In this document: one piece after another, positions 43,214 through 52,781 of the stretch | How positions within the stretch are numbered: the stretch's first letter is position 1 | How the letters are laid out: each line of letters starts with the position of its first letter | NCBI GenBank assembly: GCA_944336125.1 | Contig: CALVLA010000002.1 | Location: 87,301 to 151,300 of the forward strand | Source: an uncultured Clostridia bacterium | GTDB taxonomy: Bacteria; Bacillota; Clostridia; Christensenellales; CAG-314 | Length of the DNA: 64,000 nt | Reading direction: 5' to 3' | Program-made: the position numbers and the translations under genes | Notes under the pieces: generated by a model | What the model saw: the letters and a program-made list of their open reading frames with translations, nothing else | Database searches by the model: none | What the model was told of the DNA's origin: nothing

Positions 43214-44096
43214 AACTTACCGCCTTTATTACCGCTTGTCTTACTACTTCAGGCGCCGCATTGCAAAGAATATTGAAATCACACTCAATTTCACCGCTTG
43301 ACAAAGCAAACATAGTGTCGCCGTCAAGCATTGTATGAACAGGCGAAATTGCAAGAGCAAGTCCGTTTTGCGAAAGCGAAGCAAGTTTGTTTGCCTGTTC
43401 TCTTGTGATTTTAGCATTTGTCAAAAGACAGCCGATAGTAGTGTTTTTTCCTTTTCCCGTCGGAGTTACGCTGTTCTGCAAAATGAATTTTGAAGTATTG
43501 ACAAACTTTCCGTCTTTTTTCGCACCCGCAATAATTTTGGCATTATCATACAAATCAAAAACATCGCCAAAAGCATTTGTACATACAACCGCCCCTATCT
43601 GCAAATTGCCGAAAGTCAATTCGGAATAACCTATACCGCCTTTCGAGCAGTTTTCCATACCGAAAATTTTACCGACGGTCGCACCCGTTCCTGCGCCCAC
43701 GTTTCCCCATTCAGGATTTTCGCAAGCGTTTTGGCAAGCCGCGTAACCTTCTTCCCTTGAAGTAAAACCGAAACTTTTGTAATCAAGGTCGTAAATCACC
43801 GCTCCGCATACGATAGGTACATAATACGTTCCCGTAAAAAAGCCTTTCCCTTTTTCCGAAAGAAACCTCATAACCCCGTCGCAGGCTTCAAGACCGAATG
43901 CACTTCCGCCCGAAAGACAAACGGCGTTTATCCTTTCGACGGCTTTGCAGCCTCGAAGCAAATCGGTTTCCCTTGTGCCGGGAGCGCTTCCCCTGACGTC
44001 TACGCCGCCGACACAGCCCTCGTCAGTTAAAATGACGGTTGCACCGTAGCCTTTTTCCTTTTGAGTGAAGTGTCCTACCTTAAATCCTTTTATCAT
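43200..44096 (-). CDS. P1 (S58, DmpA/BapA-like) family peptidase
   Basis: Start set at MIKGFKVGHFT. Contains GATVIL..GCVGGVDVRGSAPGTRETDLL and LSGGSAFGL segments. Confidence 0.7.
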   Translation of the reverse strand: MIKGFKVGHFTQKEKGYGATVILTDEGCVGGVDVRGSAPGTRETDLLRGCKAVERINAVCLSGGSAFGLEACDGVMRFLSEKGKGFFTGTYYVPIVCGAVIYDLDYKSFGFTSREEGYAACQNACENPEWGNVGAGTGATVGKIFGMENCSKGGIGYSELTFGNLQIGAVVCTNAFGDVFDLYDNAKIIAGAKKDGKFVNTSKFILQNSVTPTGKGKNTTIGCLLTNAKITREQANKLASLSQNGLALAISPVHTMLDGDTMFALSSGEIECDFNILCNAAPEVVRQAVIKAVSYGRD

Positions 44097-44098
44097 AA

Positions 44099-44836
44099 TT
44101 ACTCCGCAGGCGAAATGTCTCCGCACAAAATTTTTATTTCACAGCCGTCCTTTTCCGCTTTCAAAAATCCGTCCGGCGTAATTCCTTTTACAACGCAATT
44201 GTAGCTTTCGTCGTTTTGCGTAACTTTGACTGTTTTTCCGACAATTTCGCATTTTGAAGCGAAAAGCTCGGTGATGTCATCGTCACTCAGCACCTGTTCG
44301 TAAACGCGTTTTATTGCGTCAAAAGCAAATTGAAAAATATCAATGTCTTTTCCGCTTTCAATGCTTAAACTTGTTGCAATAGAACTCAGCTCGCCGAAAT
44401 CTTTGGTATTGACGTTTATTCCCACACCGCAAAACAATGATACTTTTTCTCCGCAAGTGACCGCCTCGCTCAAAATTCCGCAAACTTTTTTTCCGTTTAC
44501 CAAAACGTCGTTTGGCCATTTCAAAACAGGATTAAAGCCGTATGAAACAAGGGTGTCATAAACCGCAAAACCGGCGTTTAAAACAGTTTTTGGAAGTGAA
44601 ACTTTTTTGACGTCAAGGTCAAAACAGCAAAGGGAAAAATAAATGCCGCCTTTTTGCGAAACAAACACTCTCTTACCCTTTCCGCGTCCTTTTGTCTGTT
44701 CAAAAAGCAAAACTATCGCGTCGCCCTTTTCAGGGTCAAGTCTTTTTGCGATATCAAATGTGTTTGTTCCTTTTTGTTCGACATGCACCTGACCGAACAC
44801 GGATTTAAGCTTTTCGGAAAGCAAATCAAAAGTCAT
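44099..44836 (-). CDS. birA: Biotin--[acetyl-CoA-carboxylase] ligase (class I, no HTH domain)
   Basis: 245 aa. QTKGRGKGKRVF (GRGRxGR-like), KWPNDV and a C-terminal SH3-like domain. Confidence 0.85.
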   Translation of the reverse strand: MTFDLLSEKLKSVFGQVHVEQKGTNTFDIAKRLDPEKGDAIVLLFEQTKGRGKGKRVFVSQKGGIYFSLCCFDLDVKKVSLPKTVLNAGFAVYDTLVSYGFNPVLKWPNDVLVNGKKVCGILSEAVTCGEKVSLFCGVGINVNTKDFGELSSIATSLSIESGKDIDIFQFAFDAIKRVYEQVLSDDDITELFASKCEIVGKTVKVTQNDESYNCVVKGITPDGFLKAEKDGCEIKILCGDISPAE

Positions 44837-45452
44837 CGCTCACCTCGTCTGACGAAAAATTTTCGACGGCTTTTCGGCACAAGTCAAACTCAAACCCTTT
44901 TCCCGCAAGATGCCTGAAAAGTTTTTGCAAAGTATCTTTGTCGGCGTTGCGGTTTTTCATAAACTTTTCCGCAGCTTTAAACACAGCTTCTTCCTGACTG
45001 TCAATAAATTCGTCAATCAAAACAAGATTCTCGTCGCATATGCCTTTCAGTTTAAGCTCGTACTTAATGCGCTTTTTGCCTTTTGCGTTTTTGTAAGTTT
45101 CGCAAAAGCACCTCACGTATTCCTCATCGTCGACATAGCGGTATTCCTTCATTTTTTCCACGGCGTTTTTGACGACATCGGGCGAATACCCTTTTTTGGT
45201 CAGCATTTCCTCAATTTGCTTTTGCGTTTTTAAATTTCTACACACACTTTCGACGCCCTTTTGAAAAGCCAGCTGTTTTTCGCTTTCCTCAAGCACAAGT
45301 TTGAGTTTTGCTTCGTCTATTTCGTCCCCCTCTTTAAGCCTGCCGTTGACAATGCTTTCGCATGTTACGGAACACAAAAACTCACCGTCCGCAAAAACGG
45401 AGGCTTTGTTTTTGTTTTTTACGTTTTGCTTAATTTGGGTTATCTTTGCCAT
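44826..45452 (-). CDS. recX: Recombination regulator RecX
   Basis: 208 aa with the repeated three-helix pattern (...YVDDEEYVRCF...). Confidence 0.8.
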   Translation of the reverse strand: MAKITQIKQNVKNKNKASVFADGEFLCSVTCESIVNGRLKEGDEIDEAKLKLVLEESEKQLAFQKGVESVCRNLKTQKQIEEMLTKKGYSPDVVKNAVEKMKEYRYVDDEEYVRCFCETYKNAKGKKRIKYELKLKGICDENLVLIDEFIDSQEEAVFKAAEKFMKNRNADKDTLQKLFRHLAGKGFEFDLCRKAVENFSSDEVSDDF

Positions 45453-45503
45453 GTCAACAATATTTTATCATTTTTACTGCCGCATAAAAAACGGCAAGTG
45501 TCA

Positions 45504-46118
45504 TCAAAATTCAATATAATCGTTGGAAATTTCTTCCATTTCGATTTTTCCGTTTGTTTTGTCAGTTATTTCTTCTTTAAATTTTTCCGCAAATTCCTCA
45601 GGAACCGCCGCTTTGAGTTTTACTTGGTCGTAATACTCTTTTTCAACTGTCTTGCCGAAAGTCTGAATTACGCTTTCGCAAACACACGCAACGGAGTAAG
45701 CGCATCTTATGCAAAAAACTTTGCAAAACTTCACTTCGGATTTTTGTGCCATATCCAAAACCTCCCCGGCAGAATTGCCGTAAGCTCTGACAAGTCCCCC
45801 CGCGCCAAGTTTAATACCGCCGAAATATCTGGTGACTACAACGGCTACGTTTGAAAGATTTCTGCCTTTGATTGCATTTAAAATGGGCATTCCCGCCGTA
45901 CCCTGTGGCTCGCCGTCATCAGAAAACTTTTGCCCGTCTGCCGTTACGTAGGCATAACAATTGTGAGTCGCGTCGTAATGTTTTTTGGAAACCGACTCAA
46001 TAAAAAGATTTGCCTGACCGACGTTTGAAACCGAGCAGGCAAAAGCTATGAAACGGGATTTTTCGATTACAATTTCGTTTTCGTAAACACCGTTTTTTAA
46101 AGTTGTGTAATTTTTCAT
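45504..46118 (-). CDS. yigZ: YigZ / IMPACT family protein
   Basis: 204 aa. EKSRFIA...HNCYAY...DDGEPQGTAG.P.L...VVVTRYFGGIKLGAGGLVRAY. Confidence 0.88.
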   Translation of the reverse strand: MKNYTTLKNGVYENEIVIEKSRFIAFACSVSNVGQANLFIESVSKKHYDATHNCYAYVTADGQKFSDDGEPQGTAGMPILNAIKGRNLSNVAVVVTRYFGGIKLGAGGLVRAYGNSAGEVLDMAQKSEVKFCKVFCIRCAYSVACVCESVIQTFGKTVEKEYYDQVKLKAAVPEEFAEKFKEEITDKTNGKIEMEEISNDYIEF

Positions 46119-47323
46119 TTAATTTCAATCAAAAGGTGAACTTTTTTGCCTTTGTGAAGCACAAAACTACCCTTTTGTTTAATTTCGTCAGACAACTGAT
46201 AATCGCTTTTTACGGCAAAATCATCAATTTTTACGCCGCCGCCGTCAACAAGACGTCTTGCCTCGCCGCGGCTTTTGGTAAGTCCCGTAGCAACGAGAAT
46301 ATCGCATATGTCAGTTACTGAAGACGAAAGTTCTTTTTTAGGCATATTTTCGCTGTCGTTTGAGAAAGAAGCATTTACCTGAGCCATAACGCTGTCCGCA
46401 ACATCCTGACCGTGAACGATTTTTGTCACCTCGTATGCAAGGCGGATTTTTGCGGCATTCATCCTTTCGTCCTTGTGAGCGGTAAGCTCTTTGATTTCCT
46501 CTACAGGTATGAAAGTCAAAAGCTTCATGCACTTTTCGACGTCGTTGTCGTCGATGTTTCTCCAGTACTGATAAAAATCAAACGGCGAAGTTTTTTCAGG
46601 GTCGAGCCAAACCGCTCCTTTTGCGGTTTTGCCCATTTTAATACCCTCGCTTGTTGTAAGAAGCGAGAAAGTAAGCGCAAACGCAGGTTTGTTGAGCTTT
46701 CTGCGAATGAGGTCGGCACCGGACAAAATGTTGCTCCACTGGTCGTCGCCGCCAAGTTGCAGACTGCAGCCGTACTTTTCGAAAAGCATCAAAAAGTCGT
46801 ATGACTGCATAAGCATATAGTTGAATTCAAGGAAAGTAAGTCCCTTTTCAAGACGCTGTTTGTAGCACTCTGCGGTAAGCATTCTGTTTACCGAGAACAA
46901 AGAACCTACGTCACGCAAAAAGTCGATATAGTTGAGTTTAAGGAGCCAGTCAGCATTGTTTACCATGAGGGCTTTTCCGTCGGAAAAGTCAATGAACTTT
47001 GCCATCTGCTTTTTAAAAGCTTCACAGTTGTGGTTTACCGTTTCTGCCGTCATGAGCGAGCGCATATCCGTTCTGCCGGAAGGGTCGCCAACCATGCCCG
47101 TTCCGCCGCCGATAAGAGCGATAGGACGGTGCCCTGCTTTTTGCATGTGAGCCATTGCCATGAGCTGTACGAAGTGTCCTACGTGCAGACTGTCGGCAGT
47201 CGGGTCAAAGCCGATGTAAAAAGTAACTTGTTCTTCACCCAGCTTTTTGTAAAGTTCGTCTTCAAAAACGACTTGTTTGATAAAATCTCTTTCCTTCAAA
47301 ATGTCAAAAACATTCTTAGCCAT
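46115..47323 (-). CDS. tyrS: Tyrosine--tRNA ligase
   Basis: 402 aa. HVGH (HIGH) and KMGKT (KMSKS) motifs, and a C-terminal S4 domain. Confidence 0.95.
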   Translation of the reverse strand: MAKNVFDILKERDFIKQVVFEDELYKKLGEEQVTFYIGFDPTADSLHVGHFVQLMAMAHMQKAGHRPIALIGGGTGMVGDPSGRTDMRSLMTAETVNHNCEAFKKQMAKFIDFSDGKALMVNNADWLLKLNYIDFLRDVGSLFSVNRMLTAECYKQRLEKGLTFLEFNYMLMQSYDFLMLFEKYGCSLQLGGDDQWSNILSGADLIRRKLNKPAFALTFSLLTTSEGIKMGKTAKGAVWLDPEKTSPFDFYQYWRNIDDNDVEKCMKLLTFIPVEEIKELTAHKDERMNAAKIRLAYEVTKIVHGQDVADSVMAQVNASFSNDSENMPKKELSSSVTDICDILVATGLTKSRGEARRLVDGGGVKIDDFAVKSDYQLSDEIKQKGSFVLHKGKKVHLLIEIK

Positions 47324-47335
47324 AAAAAACCTGCT

Positions 47336-49009
47336 TTAACAAATAATATTGTCGATGTAAATTTGAGCATCTTTTATTGTGATTTTGCGGGCGACGAAGG
47401 CAAGCGCAACAAACAGCAACAAAAGCACTGCGAAATAAATGTACACCAAAACGGGAATTTGCGCAAGCGAAACCAGGTAGTAAAGCCCGCCCAGAACGCC
47501 GATAAGTATTACCGAAACCAGCAGTGAGATAAGACTCGACGGGTTGTTTTTAAGACCGGTAGAAATATTTTCCCAGTTGAGACGCGGTTTTTTCAAATCG
47601 ATGTAAACCTGCATGTATGAAAATACCACGTTAATTACGGAAGAAATAACAAACGCTATTGCAACCGACAAGAGCGGAACTTTTAAAACGAAAGTAGAAA
47701 CTACCAGCATAAGTATCACTCCTATTTCGTTTACGATAACAGACAAAATTGCTTTGGCGTCTATTATATCCGCGTAACTGACCGGCAAAATTTTAATCAT
47801 GTAAAAGTTTTTGTTTTCCCTTGTAAATGCGGTCGATGCCATGTAGTTTGTCGCAAATACCATAAAAATGGCAAAGCAAATGAGAACTATCGCGACAAGA
47901 TCGGGAACAAGCGCCATAATTTCAACGAAAGACATCCCCACTTCCTCTATCGTCGTGTCAAGACTTCCCATAGAAGTAACACCCAGCACGAAAATGAGTA
48001 TCGGTGCCAGTATGATTTCAAACAGACAGTAAAAAGCAAGCGTAGGAAAACGAATAATTTCCAGAAAGTCTTTTTTAATGAGCATTGAAATTTTTCCGCC
48101 CGTTTCGTATTTAGTTTGCTTTTTGCTTTGCGATTTCGGTGTTTCAAGCTGTTTCGAAATACTGCGTCTGTAAACAAAAGACGAGATAAATACAGCAACG
48201 GCAAGCAAAGCCAAATCGATAAGCATAGCGTAAACAAAATTTAAAGCCGCCGTTGCGAAAGCAGTTTCCGTCATCGAAAGAGCAAGGAACTTGTTCGGAA
48301 TCATTACGTTTGCGATAGCGTCGAAAGTAGCCACCATATTTTGCAGCATTTGCTGCATGTCGGCGGTGTCCTCCATCATTCCTAGGGAATTGACCGCAAA
48401 AAAGTAAACGACGAAGAGAATAATTGTTACGATAAGCAAAGCTATGGTCGCAATTATGCTGTTGTGCTTAAAGTACGAAATTACGTAAATAAGCGGAATA
48501 GCAATAATTGTCGCCACCATAAGCGGAAGTATCGGCAGCAAAAAGAATGACAAAACAAGTCCTATCGAGAAGTTAAGTCCCGCGCCGATTGCAAAAGGAA
48601 TTACGGCAAAAAGCGTAAACAAAAATGCCGTCATAAGCTCAATCAGGTAAGCGTAAGTAAGTTTTGCCGCAAAAATCACCTGAGGCTTCAAAGGATAAGC
48701 CAAAAGCATTTCGTTGTCGCGTGAGTAGTAAACTGTATTTACTACCGAAGCAATTCCGAAAAGCAAAACCACGACCTGAATGGCAGACAAAATGCAAGTT
48801 AAAATTGATGTTGTGGCGTTAAGCTGAGCCGCCATCTGCCCTATCTGATAGATAATGTATGCGATAAGCCCCAGCAAAGGCAGGCAGCAAACGGCAATAA
48901 GACCCGCCACCAAAAACACGTACCATTTTGCTTTTGCCTGAGGCTTTGACTTGTCGCGCCTGAAAGTCTGTTTAAGCAAAACGCCGAAAAGCAATGCGAA
49001 ATCTTTCAT
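47336..49009 (-). CDS. Putative ABC exporter permease (polytopic, about 12 predicted TM helices)
   Basis: 557 aa and highly hydrophobic. Lies directly downstream of an ABC ATPase. No finer family recognised. Confidence 0.6.
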   Translation of the reverse strand: MKDFALLFGVLLKQTFRRDKSKPQAKAKWYVFLVAGLIAVCCLPLLGLIAYIIYQIGQMAAQLNATTSILTCILSAIQVVVLLFGIASVVNTVYYSRDNEMLLAYPLKPQVIFAAKLTYAYLIELMTAFLFTLFAVIPFAIGAGLNFSIGLVLSFFLLPILPLMVATIIAIPLIYVISYFKHNSIIATIALLIVTIILFVVYFFAVNSLGMMEDTADMQQMLQNMVATFDAIANVMIPNKFLALSMTETAFATAALNFVYAMLIDLALLAVAVFISSFVYRRSISKQLETPKSQSKKQTKYETGGKISMLIKKDFLEIIRFPTLAFYCLFEIILAPILIFVLGVTSMGSLDTTIEEVGMSFVEIMALVPDLVAIVLICFAIFMVFATNYMASTAFTRENKNFYMIKILPVSYADIIDAKAILSVIVNEIGVILMLVVSTFVLKVPLLSVAIAFVISSVINVVFSYMQVYIDLKKPRLNWENISTGLKNNPSSLISLLVSVILIGVLGGLYYLVSLAQIPVLVYIYFAVLLLLFVALAFVARKITIKDAQIYIDNIIC

Positions 49010-49017
49010 AAATTACC

Positions 49018-49734
49018 TCACTCCGCCGTGACGTTAAGGAAAAATTCTTCAAGCGACTCGCTCTGCTGTTTAAGTTCGTCCACGGTACCCACCGCAATGA
49101 GCTTGCCGTTTTTGATTATACCGATTCTGTCGCAAACCTTTTCCACAACGTCGATAACGTGGCTTGAAAAAAACACGATGTTTCCCGCGTCGGCATGCTC
49201 GCGCATAAGTTGTTTGAGTTCAAATGCGGACTGAGGGTCAAGACCAGTCAATGGTTCGTCAAGTATCCACAGCTTAGGGTTGTGAAGCAAAGCGCCGATA
49301 ACCACGATTTTTTGCTTCATACCGTGTGAATATGATTTAATTTGGTCATTGATTGCATGACCGAGGGAAAACTTTTCGATAAACTCTTCGGCACGTCTTT
49401 TCAAAACATCCTTGGGAACGTCATACATGCTTCCCATAAAGTTGATATATTCCATGCCGGTAAGTTTTTCGTAAGTTGCGTGATTGTCGGGAACATAACC
49501 GAAATTATGTTTAAAAACGTAAGCGTCTTTTTTGATGTCAACCCCGTTCAAAACGATTGTTCCTTCGTCAGGTTGCAAAACACCGGTAATCATTTTGATT
49601 GTTGTTGATTTGCCGGCGCCGTTAGGTCCCAAAAAGCCGAAAATTTCACCGTTTTTTACTTCGAGATTAAGTCCGTCAACGGCTTTTACTCCCCCTTTGG
49701 CATAAGTTTTTGACAAGTTTTCAAGTTTAAGCAT
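49018..49734 (-). CDS. ABC transporter ATP-binding protein
   Basis: Walker A GPNGAGKST, signature SHGMKQK, Walker B ILDEP. Confidence 0.9.
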   Translation of the reverse strand: MLKLENLSKTYAKGGVKAVDGLNLEVKNGEIFGFLGPNGAGKSTTIKMITGVLQPDEGTIVLNGVDIKKDAYVFKHNFGYVPDNHATYEKLTGMEYINFMGSMYDVPKDVLKRRAEEFIEKFSLGHAINDQIKSYSHGMKQKIVVIGALLHNPKLWILDEPLTGLDPQSAFELKQLMREHADAGNIVFFSSHVIDVVEKVCDRIGIIKNGKLIAVGTVDELKQQSESLEEFFLNVTAE

Positions 49735-49765
49735 ATTTCAACCCCTTAAAAAGTTTTTGCACAAA

Positions 49766-51016
49766 TCATTTTTTCAAATATTTTTTGTCTTTAAGTTCGT
49801 CAGGCATATATTGCTGTTCGACATAGCCGCCGAAGTCATGCGGATAAAGGTAAACCGCTTCCTTTTGGTCGGTACTTCTGCGGTAAGCATTGTATTTGAT
49901 GTGATTAGGCACTTTTGCGTCGGCAAAGTTTTTTGCGTCCTCAAACGCCTGATCTATCGCCACAACCACGTCGTTGCTTTTTTTGGCGCGGCAAACGTAA
50001 ATTATCGCTTCGGCAAGCGGAAGCCTTGCCTCAGGCATGCCTATTTTTTCAAGAGCTTTCAAGGCACTGACAGACAAAACCAATGCGTTTGTGTCGGCAA
50101 GTCCAACGTCCTCAGCAGAATGAGCGACAAGCCTCCTCGCCAAAAGCATCGGGTCGCACCCTGCCGAAATAAGCCTTGCAAACCAAAACAAAGCGGCATT
50201 TTCGTCACTTCCCCTCAGGCTTTTGCAAAAAGCCGAAAGCATGTCGTAATAACTGGTTTCGTCAACCGACAGCGCCTTTTTTTGAATACTCTGTTCGGCA
50301 GTAGTTTTGTCTATTTTTATTTTTCCGTCCTGACTCTTGTCGGTAGTAAGCACCGCAAGCTCCAAAGCGTTGTAAGCGGTTCGCAAATCGCCGCCGCTTG
50401 CCCATGCCAAATGTTCGAGAGCTTCGTCAGTGATTTCAACATCGAAACTTTTAAGTCCCTTTTCGCTGGTAATGCTTTTTTTAAGTGCCGACAAAATATC
50501 TTGTTCCGAAAGCGACTCGAACTCAAAAACGCGACATCTCGATACGATTGCCGGAGTCAAAGCGGCATACGGATTTTCCGTCGTAGAACCTATAAAAAGC
50601 ACCGTACCCCTTTCGACCGCGCCCAAAACGCAATCGGACTGAGCTTTCGACCACCTGTGACATTCGTCCAAAAGCAGATAGGTTTTTTTGCCGTAAGCAA
50701 GCCTCTTTTCCGCCTCGTCAATCACTCGTTTGGCATCGGAAACGCCGCTTGAAACTGCGTTGAGCTTTTCGAAATGACTGTCGGTACTGTTTGCAATTAT
50801 GTTGGCAAGAGTTGTTTTTCCGGTACCGGGAGGTCCCCAAAATATGCAGCTGCCCACCTTGTCGGCTTTTATCGCACGGGATAAAACCGTGTTTTCGCCC
50901 ACAATGTGCTTTTGTCCCACAAAGTCTTTCAAAACTTCGGGCCGCATACGCTCTGCAAGCGGAGCGGCTTTTTTGACCTCAAAATCGAAAAGCGAATTTT
51001 CCTGTTTGACTTTCAT
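49766..51016 (-). CDS. rarA: Replication-associated recombination protein A (AAA+ ATPase)
   Basis: 416 aa. LAERMRP...DFVGQ.H, GPPGTGKTT, LLDECHRW, and a MgsA C-terminal domain. Confidence 0.92.
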   Translation of the reverse strand: MKVKQENSLFDFEVKKAAPLAERMRPEVLKDFVGQKHIVGENTVLSRAIKADKVGSCIFWGPPGTGKTTLANIIANSTDSHFEKLNAVSSGVSDAKRVIDEAEKRLAYGKKTYLLLDECHRWSKAQSDCVLGAVERGTVLFIGSTTENPYAALTPAIVSRCRVFEFESLSEQDILSALKKSITSEKGLKSFDVEITDEALEHLAWASGGDLRTAYNALELAVLTTDKSQDGKIKIDKTTAEQSIQKKALSVDETSYYDMLSAFCKSLRGSDENAALFWFARLISAGCDPMLLARRLVAHSAEDVGLADTNALVLSVSALKALEKIGMPEARLPLAEAIIYVCRAKKSNDVVVAIDQAFEDAKNFADAKVPNHIKYNAYRRSTDQKEAVYLYPHDFGGYVEQQYMPDELKDKKYLKK

Positions 51017-51093
51017 GCCGATATTTTACCAAATAAACGAGCAATATACAACAGTTTTGAGTTGCGATGAATGTAAAAATATGCTAAAATACG

Positions 51094-51425
51094 GTGAATG
51101 AGCCAGCCAGACGGTCGCGTGGAAACACGAGGAAAGTCCGAGCACCGCAGGGCACGGGTGCCGGGTAACTCCCGGTGAAGGCGACTTCAAGGAAAGTGCA
51201 ACAGAAATATACCGCATCGCAAGATGTAAGGGTGGAAATGCGAGGTAAGAGCTCACAGACGTTTTGGTAACAACGCGTTCATGTAAACCCCACTTGGTGC
51301 AAGATAGGACGGAAAAATGCTGACCCGGCATCGTCCGACAAAATCGCTTGAACCTGTCGGTAACGGCAGGTCTAGACAGATGGCCGTCAAATACAGAACT
51401 CGGCTTACAGACTGGTCTCATTCAC
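51094..51425 (+). ncRNA. rnpB: RNase P RNA (bacterial, type A-like)
   Basis: Universal elements GAGGAAAGTCCGAGC, AGGGTGGAAATGCGAGGTAAGAGCTCAC and ACAGAACTCGGCTTACAG. The termini GTGAATGAGCCAG / CTGGTCTCATTCAC pair as P1. A TAAAAT -10 lies at 51085-51090 and a terminator follows. Confidence 0.92.
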
Positions 51426-51428
51426 ATG

Positions 51429-51462
51429 CCCCTTTGCGGCCAACCGCCGCAAGGGGTTTTTT
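51429..51462 (+). terminator. rnpB intrinsic terminator
   Basis: CCCCTTTGCGG-loop-CCGCAAGGGG followed by TTTTTT. Confidence 0.8.
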
Positions 51463-51463
51463 A

Positions 51464-51495
51464 TTAAAAAAAACAGCGGGAACGCTGTTTTTAAT
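51464..51495. terminator. Terminator of the flavodoxin-like gene (bidirectional shape)
   Basis: ACAGCG-GGAA-CGCTGT flanked by an A8 tract and a T-rich tract. Confidence 0.6.
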
Positions 51496-51940
51496 TTTTT
51501 AAAATGTTTTCAAAAAACACGCAGGCATTTGCGAGGTCTTTTTCGTCGGGGTGTTTTTTGGCTATGCCGCCTATAATTTTAAAAGGTCCGAAAGTATCAT
51601 AACCTTTGCAGTGAAATGCGCCAGAAAAATCAAGTCCCCTTTTCCTAAAAAACTTTTCATACTTTTTGCCGTGTTTTTTTCTTCCGTCGCCGCAGGTATA
51701 AATTACAAACACTTTTTTTATCTCATCAAGATGCTTTTCGAAAAATTCAAGCACCTTGCTGTGCAGTTTGCCGAAATAAATTCCCGAAGCAAGCCCAACC
51801 TCGTCGTATGCTGAAAAATTAACGTTTTCAGCCTGTTTGACGTCAAACAAATCAAACTCAAACTTTTCACGCAGATGTTCAAGCACTTTTTTTGTGTTTG
51901 AGTGATGAACAGATTGATAAACAACAGCTATTTTTTTCAT
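51491..51940 (-). CDS. Flavodoxin-fold family protein
   Basis: 149 aa. MKKIAVVYQSVHHSNTKKV start and an alternating beta-alpha pattern. No specific subfamily recognised. Confidence 0.55.
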   Translation of the reverse strand: MKKIAVVYQSVHHSNTKKVLEHLREKFEFDLFDVKQAENVNFSAYDEVGLASGIYFGKLHSKVLEFFEKHLDEIKKVFVIYTCGDGRKKHGKKYEKFFRKRGLDFSGAFHCKGYDTFGPFKIIGGIAKKHPDEKDLANACVFFENILKN

Positions 51941-51973
51941 AACTACCTCTTTCGCAATTATACCACAGTTTTT

Positions 51974-52681
51974 TCAATCCAGTATAAAATCCTGTCTGTT
52001 TAATTTTTGCCTGATTTTTGCCAATGCCTTTTTTTCGATACGAGAGATGTACGAGCGTGAAATGCCCAAAATTTCAGCCGTTTTTAGCTGAGTGTAGCAA
52101 GGTCGTCCGTTAAGCCCATATCGCATCTGCAAAATCTGATATTCTCTCGATGTAAGGCACGACCGCATCACGCTGTCGAGTTTTTGCGACACTATGCCCA
52201 TTTCAACCTGTTTGAAAACGCTGTCCTGATTTATCGAAAGCACGTCAATGAGAGAAAACTCGTTTCCGTCTCCATCTACTCCCAAAGGGTCGTTGAGCGA
52301 AAACACGCATTTGTTCCGCTTGTTGCTTCGAAGTGCCATCAAAATTTCGTTTTCGATACATCTTGCGAGGTAAGTCGCCAGTTGCGTCCCCTTTTTGCTT
52401 TCAAAAGTCGAAATGCCCTTCACCAGCCCTATGGAGCCTATCGAAATCAAGTCGTCAACGTCCATGCTGTGGCTGTATTTTTTCGCTATGTGGGCGACAA
52501 GCCTCAAATTGTGCTTAATAAGTTGTTCCCTCGCATCCTCGTCCTTTTCTTTCAGTTTTTCGATGTAATGAGCTTCAAGCTCAGGTGAAAGCGGCCGAGG
52601 ATAAGAGGCTTTGTTTGATACGTAAGATGAAAAACAAAAAATTTTGCTCAAAAACTCAAATATTGCCGAAAACATACTCAC
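51974..52681 (-). CDS. sigK: Sporulation sigma factor SigK (pro-sigma-K, uninterrupted)
   Basis: 235 aa. The N-terminal pro-sequence plus SYVSNKASYPRPLS, then HNLRLVAHIAKKY, DLISIGSIGLVKG, ARCIENEILM and GISRSYISRIEKKAL align closely with my memory of B. subtilis SigK rather than SigE. Confidence 0.8.
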   Translation of the reverse strand: MSMFSAIFEFLSKIFCFSSYVSNKASYPRPLSPELEAHYIEKLKEKDEDAREQLIKHNLRLVAHIAKKYSHSMDVDDLISIGSIGLVKGISTFESKKGTQLATYLARCIENEILMALRSNKRNKCVFSLNDPLGVDGDGNEFSLIDVLSINQDSVFKQVEMGIVSQKLDSVMRSCLTSREYQILQMRYGLNGRPCYTQLKTAEILGISRSYISRIEKKALAKIRQKLNRQDFILD

Positions 52682-52702
52682 CTCAAAACAAATTTGTTTT
52701 AA

Positions 52703-52710
52703 ATGATATG
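52703..52710 (-). promoter_or_regulatory. Possible SigE/SigK-type -10 element upstream of sigK
   Basis: The minus strand reads CATATCAT (consensus CATACA-T) about 25 nt upstream of the sigK RBS. The -35 is not convincing. Confidence 0.3.
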
Positions 52711-52781
52711 TTTTTTTAATACTTCAAATGAGCTTTTTCATTATTTGTGGACAAAGCAAAAGCCCCTTTTCGGAGCTTAAA

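Noticed and set aside
49757-50752. 331-aa ORF antisense to rarA. Similar long antisense ORFs occur at 9220-10050, 17683-18396, 24430-25386, 26789-27856, 54559-55401, 56706-57557 and 60804-61499.
   Set aside because: Each one overlaps a well-supported gene on the opposite strand and translates to low-complexity Phe/Arg/Cys-rich sequence. None has an independent signal such as an RBS, promoter or recognisable domain.
51026-51421. 131-aa minus-strand ORF between rarA and the flavodoxin-like gene
   Set aside because: The region is fully explained by the RNase P RNA gene on the plus strand, which has conserved universal motifs, a paired P1 stem, a promoter and a terminator.
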